The translations under genes were made by a program, and so were the position numbers. A stretch of 61,319 bases of DNA, counting the filler, from Diploschistes diacapsis (taxonomy: Eukaryota), in the NCBI GenBank assembly GCA_023645945.1. It is 9 parts of 9 records of this genome, joined end to end, with 100 filler letters (N's around TTAATTAATTAA, not from the genome) between each part and the next. Parts side by side here need not be neighbours in the genome. Positions count along the whole stretch, not along the records: positions 52,790 to 57,006 come from JALAIB010001747.1; positions 57,107 to 61,319 come from JALAIB010001748.1; 7 more parts are not named here. One strand, written 5' to 3'. Below, piece after piece: positions 56,315-61,319 of this stretch. The notes beneath the pieces are model-generated. The model worked only from the letters and a program-made list of their open reading frames with translations. It ran no database searches and had not been told where the DNA came from. How positions within the stretch are numbered: position 1 is the first letter of the stretch; every line of letters begins with the position of its first letter.

Positions 56315-57006
56315 ATGGGTGTCCACGACTTCCTGCAACTTCTCGGTGATGAGATTCAGGATCCCGACGAAGGTAGCACAGACTTACCCAGCGATTCCCC
56401 TATCCCTAACCACGTGGCTACCCTAATTCCTTCTTCTCTAATCGCCGCTTAACAGAATCCTTCTCCCTGTTCTCGGTCACCTTCCCCTCCTCCAGTCTCG
56501 GCTTCCTTTCCCCCAAGTCTCCTAACCTCATTATCCCCCTGAACAACACAGATCTAACAATCCACCAATCCCCCACTCTCCTCTACTCCTCCCTTCCGAC
56601 CGGCACCACCGGCGCCGTCGTATGGAAAATCACTCCCCTATTCGCCTCCTGGCTCTCCTCCCCGCAAAACCCGCTTTTCTCCACCTCCACCCTCGGACGC
56701 GAGTCGACCGTGCTCGAGCTCGGCGCCGGCATCTCAGGCCTCGTGGCGCTCGCCACAGCGCCGAAGATAGCTCGGTACGCCGCCACAGACCAAGAGTACG
56801 TAATGAAGCTCCTGCGGCAGAACATCGCCGAGAACCTGGCCTGCATCGTTCCCCAGCGGCCGGGCAAGTCGTCGAAGAAGCGAAAGAGCAGCCGAGCGAA
56901 GTCTGCTACAGGAAGCCAACCCCACCCTCGACCCGAGCCCAACATACTCGCCTTCCCCCTCGACTGGGAAACATCCCAAGCCTCGGACCTGCCCTCCCTC
57001 CTCCCC
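56315..57006 (+). CDS. Rkm5-like protein-lysine methyltransferase (Methyltransf_16); 3' end lost at linker
   Basis: LTIHQSPTLL...GTTGAVVW, SAM motif VLELGAGISG, ATDQ, LDWE; one 5' intron. Confidence 0.8.
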
Positions 57007-57106
57007 NNNNNNNNNNNNNNNNNNNNNNNNNNNNNNNNNNNNNNNNNNNNTTAATTAATTAANNNNNNNNNNNNNNNNNNNNNNNNNNNNNNNNNNNNNN
57101 NNNNNN

Positions 57107-57600
57107 GGGTTGGTGCGGTCGCTCAATTTACTTTCAGCAGGAACCTGTTCTCTCACAACCACCACCTATTTTATTTATTAGACTGCACCGCTCAGTCTTG
57201 ACGTTCGGATTGTTTTCTGGTAAGATCTCGTAAGAACGTGACGGGTAGAAAAAAGTCGGAAACAAATGGGGGTTACTGAAAAGTCTGAAACGAACAGGTA
57301 TGCCTTGTGCCTGCTCGCTTGTGGGACGGCACGATGCCGTGTCATCTATCGAAAGGAAGCGAAAAGTTACTTCCATGCAGGACGGGAGCAAGGTTAGGGT
57401 CCTAGGGAAGCCTTTTCTGATCCCTATGCATGCCTTGTTAGGCTACAATTAACATGCCATGGCATGCTAGGAACAGACACTAGCTTCCAACGTGGGCTCG
57501 TTCCAAGAGCGGGAAGTCCCTAGCCACATGTTAAGTAGTATTATAATGTATACTAGTATTATCTCCTGCAGGGAACACGAGCCGCTTTGCTACTGCCTAC
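57107..57600 (-). ncRNA. Candidate telomerase RNA template/pseudoknot core (5' end unknown, 3' part lost at linker)
   Basis: Template 5'-ACCCUAACC-3' (57400-57392); hairpin UAGGGA/UCCCUA 2 nt upstream; nested enclosing helices; U-rich and A-rich tracts; G-U wobbles favour the minus strand; no credible ORF. Confidence 0.6.
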
Positions 57601-58099
57601 TGCTACTACTACTTACTACCAGTACCACCAGTACCACCAGTTACCCAGTACCTACCTAACTACTCTGTACAAAAGTCCCTGGTGTGGCCCACACGTGGTA
57701 TGATGCCAGAACTCGAGAACTTTAGTATTTAGTTTGCCCTAACTGTAATGTACTGTTACGCTGTTACTCTGTTGAGCACTGCCACAGTCTTTTCATTGTC
57801 CCGCCTGCTCTGCTCGTCCGACTTTGCTTGTTGTGACAGCCACCGCCCCCCCGGGTAGCACGATCGAGTCATGGCGCAAGAATGGTAGCCTACCGGATGC
57901 TAAACCTAACGGATTCCATCTATCAACCGGAAGTGCATTTGATTGCTTAGGAATCATAACTCAGACAGAGACTCGATGCAACACTGTTACACGATGCTGC
58001 TGCGTATGGGATGGTGGCCCCGAAATGCCGATGATTGCGTACGATATTCGTCGCCGCTCTGTCCCCTGCCAGAGATCCAGATCGGTAGGATCAGCTCAC

Positions 58100-58135
58100 C
58101 TCTCTCTGTCTCTGTCTCTGTCTCTGTCTCTCTCT
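58100..58135. repeat. (TCTCTG)n microsatellite
   Basis: About 5 tandem units. Confidence 0.85.
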
Positions 58136-58619
58136 GTGCGGGGCACTGGAGGCGGCACCCCCCGTTGCCGAAAAGGAAGGAAGAGTTTTCCCGCATCAGG
58201 CAAATGAGAGCAAAATATTGTCCGCTCCATGATACACCGTGGCTGATCATTCGACCGGATAATTTATTCTTCTAGGCTAGGAGGAGCTGCCAGCTTCTTT
58301 TGCTGACAGCGTGGTGGTCGGTCTGAGGGTGCTTCTTGTCCGTGACACACATATGAGGGGGGATTGCTTCTACCGCCTCTGAAGGCATGCAGTCACTAGT
58401 CAACTTGAGGGCTACTTGGCCCCACCGCAACGGAAATGTCGGTATGCAGGTATAGTATAGGTATGCGTATTCTACTCTGTATGTGCGCACAAGTTGGGTT
58501 GTGTGGCCATGCGCCATGGGCCAGAGCTGAAACGCCCCCGCGCCCGCCCATGTGAGTGAGATGGGATTAGTACAGAGTAGTAGTAACTCGTAAGCCAAAA
58601 AACAGTGTTACTTGCTCAA

Positions 58620-60153
58620 CAATTCGAAGTCCCCCGACTCCACCACATCGGATGATTTTTCCGACTTCGTTCGTTCCGCAAGCAGAGCGCACCCTCAAGT
58701 TGGTCAGTCCAAAAAGTCAGGTTGATGAGTCGATGCAACCACCGGAAGGACTCGTCCCGGTGATTTGGCGCATGGGTTTCTAATTTGTAATTTCTAATTC
58801 TATTTCTAATTCTATTCCTATTCCTATTCCTATTCCTATTCCTATTCCTATTCCTATTTTCTACGTGTGTGGCAAGCAGGTGAGTGGTTGTCGATCATGT
58901 AGTCGAGAAGTAATCTGAGCGCTAATCAGGGAACATCCATTAGTAGAAGCTACCTGTCTGGAGCATGGTCTGGCCATCTTTACGACCCAATCCAACTACT
59001 AGGAGAAGCCTCGCTATCGGGGAATATCTCTGCCCAATTTAACCCCATCACTCTGCTAGGCCCCCCCATGGAAGGGGACTTCTGATCTCACCTTACCGTC
59101 GACCTTTCCTCTTTGCCCAGACAAGTTTCAACAATCTTCTTTTTCCATCACCTCGTTCAGTCAAGTTCGGCGAACAGCGGGGCCAGCTACCAGGCAGCGC
59201 TAAGTGGTCGATGCCTTTTAGTTTTGGTAATTGGATATCCCGCAAGGTCCAAGACTCAATCCGAGTTTTGGTTCATGCTGCCAACTGTTTAGAGTTTGCG
59301 GGAATCTTGAATAGCGCTTCCGGCTAGCTGGCGAGTCGTGTCACTTCGTAAGACTTGATCGCCGGTCACGGTTGTTTCCCGTCTCCCCCGATACCCATCT
59401 ACCACGGCTCTTTCATCAACTGTTCCGCCTTTCTAGCAGTTACGCAAGTGCCGCGGCAGTGCACAACGTACTCCGGCTCGTGGTCCCGTAGTCCGCACTG
59501 CCGGCCCTGCTACGTGTACTCGGGCTTGATATACCCGTGACAATACTACAGTGGTAATGATATCTCAAGGAGCTCTGGAGCCCTTCGACGCAAAGACATT
59601 CAGAAAACTTGGGAGAGGATTCGTATTGCCTTCCGAAACTGTGTTCGGACCCGGGGTTTTCTAACAGCAAAAAAACCATATACCGAACTATGCGCGGATA
59701 CGTGCATGATGGTATCTCGCATTCCTGCAACAGTCCGTCAATCCAGCAGTACGTATGCGAGATCTGATCTGCGTGATGCATGCAGGCATCCCCGCGAGAC
59801 ACACCTGATCCTCTTCTGCGTCCCCCCCACCCCCGAATCCGATGGAAACCTACATGTTCCTGCAAGTCATTTCGGCTAAGATAGGGTTCTACAAAGACAT
59901 GCATCGAGCTCCGCCATACTTCGTTTGTATCAGTGCAAGTTGCTGCGAAGTCGTAGACTAGACCAACGGATCATTTCACTTCTTCTTCTTCTTCTTCCTG
60001 GAAAAGGCCTGGTGGTGCGAGAAATAGAACCCAATATGTGTGTAATGGGGTGTGTTGCTCGCAGATGAAGCTTGTAGATGAAGCCCAGTGACTATGATGG
60101 GGATCAACATGCCAATCCGAGTAACTGGATTGCTTAATGAAAGATGGGTGCGT
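58620..60153 (+). ncRNA. Unassigned highly structured non-coding region, possibly a spliced lncRNA
   Basis: Several nested 7-9 bp helices with wobbles favouring the plus strand; canonical 50-nt intron 58880-58929; no credible ORF. Confidence 0.4.
58812..58858. repeat. (CTATTC)n microsatellite
   Basis: About 8 tandem units. Confidence 0.9.
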
Positions 60154-60507
60154 ATAAGTAATAGTAGCTACTTACGGGGGGTGGTGTCGTGTGGAAGAGC
60201 TGGAAAGTAAATCTTTAACCGCTAGCTTAGGTTGAATACTTACACCCAAATCCATAGGTCTCAGAGTTGTTACACTAATCGCCCAGCAGCACGGCTGCCC
60301 TACCAAAGCCCGCTTTATCTACCTGTGCTTTTTACATGGTGCAACATTGTGAATTAGACAGTTCTGATACTCAAGTTCAGAAAGCACGCCCCCCCACTAA
60401 CGTCAAAGGTTCAAGCGCGCTGAATTTGCTATTCCCGTCTCTTCATACGCTCCTACTTCGAGAGAGGGACGCGCCTTTCCACCAGCTTCTCCTGCGCGAT
60501 ACCACCC

Positions 60508-61317
60508 ATGGCTGCCTCCCAGGCCACCAACATCAATTGGCGCACCATCAACGTCGACGCCTTGGACCCAGAGTCCGCTTACAACTTCGACAATTCTTCA
60601 TTGACCCCCGGGCTCGCGCCTGTGTCGGCCGCCGAGGTTCAGAATCTGGGTCAGCAGATACGGCAGCTTCTGAGAGGAGGGGACGCGGAGGGGGCGCTGA
60701 GGGGGGCGCTCGAGGCGGCTCCCTACGGGGGAGATGGCGAAACGAAGGTGAGTTCAGGCCCGCTTGGTGGGTGGAGCTTACGCGAGGGGGACGGGGGGCC
60801 CTTCGCAAAAGGCCGTGCTCATCGGTAACTTGGAAAGATGAGGTTTTGATTGTTTTTCTCTTCACTCCCCAGGAGCTCCACCTTGCCGCGGTCGTCGAGA
60901 TCCTGCAGTCGATAAAACAGGCGGACATGTCGCCGATGCTGAACAGGATATACGGCTCACCGGGCGGCATCGAAGTACTGGATACGCTCATGAAATATTT
61001 GTGGGTTACTCCGACCGAAGGCCCCCCCCCTTTCCCCCTCCCTCTTCTTCTTTAGCAATCATGTTGTCGCTCTGGTTCGGATCAAGCACGTTGACCTTGC
61101 GTCTCCTTTTAGGTACAAAGGGATGTCGCAATCCGCTGCCGGTTCGTCGCGAATGCTCTCGCCACAAGCTACAGGCTTCTCGCAGATACAGTCGAGGGGA
61201 ACAGCCGAAGGTGGTGGACAGGCAATGAGCGTGCTGTTGAGTTGGCACGAGAAGGTGGTGGAGCTGGCTGGACAAGGCGCCATCATAAGAGCAATGACCG
61301 ACAGGCGGACGGTCTGA
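60508..61317 (+). CDS. ARC15: Arp2/3 complex subunit 5 (ARPC5)
   Basis: INWRTINVDALDPES, DTLMKYLYKGM, MSVLLSWHEKVVE, IIRAMTDRRTV; two introns. Confidence 0.95.
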
Positions 61318-61319
61318 GC

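Noticed and set aside
58626..59082. RNase MRP RNA (GAAGTCCCC pairing with GGGGACTTC as P4)
   Set aside because: CR-I/CR-V consensus is imperfect, no P1-P3 frame found, and a microsatellite lies inside; a single long-range 9-mer is weak evidence
59088..59098. Second telomerase template (CACCTTACC) on the plus strand
   Set aside because: Not a permutation of CCCTAA; would need an unsupported TAAGG-type telomere
59912..59980. U3 snoRNA (ATACTTC...GGATCATTTC)
   Set aside because: Box A does not continue as TATAG, and no properly placed C'/B/C/D boxes follow

Overview
Eukaryotic DNA from a filamentous ascomycete (Pezizomycotina), with spliceosomal introns and RIP-like AT-rich transposon relics. 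It is not one locus. Eight 100-bp artificial linkers (N44-TTAATTAATTAA-N44) join a >=26.7-kb contig to eight ~4.2-kb contigs in descending size order, so adjacency across linkers means nothing. Contig 1 carries an SDR, a 9-exon divergent histone H4 variant, a GNAT-like membrane protein, a divergent 4CL-like/TmpA-like (afeA-tmpA-type) pair whose shared intergenic region holds a tRNA-Leu-derived retro-fragment and two MITEs, a frameshifted patatin-ankyrin pseudogene and an ACR-2-like Zn2Cys6 factor. The small contigs carry a GH15-CBM20 glucoamylase, a broken CYP52-like P450, an HSL-type hydrolase, NTO1, SNF1, an HPP protein, a DUF2406-like gene, a FAA-type acyl-CoA ligase, an RKM5-like methyltransferase and ARC15. 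The most interesting signal is non-coding, in the last contig: a minus-strand candidate telomerase RNA core (ACCCUAACC template, adjacent boundary hairpin, nested enclosing helices), and diverging from it a ~1.5-kb, apparently spliced, heavily base-paired plus-strand region I cannot assign. All structure calls were made by eye and need computational confirmation.
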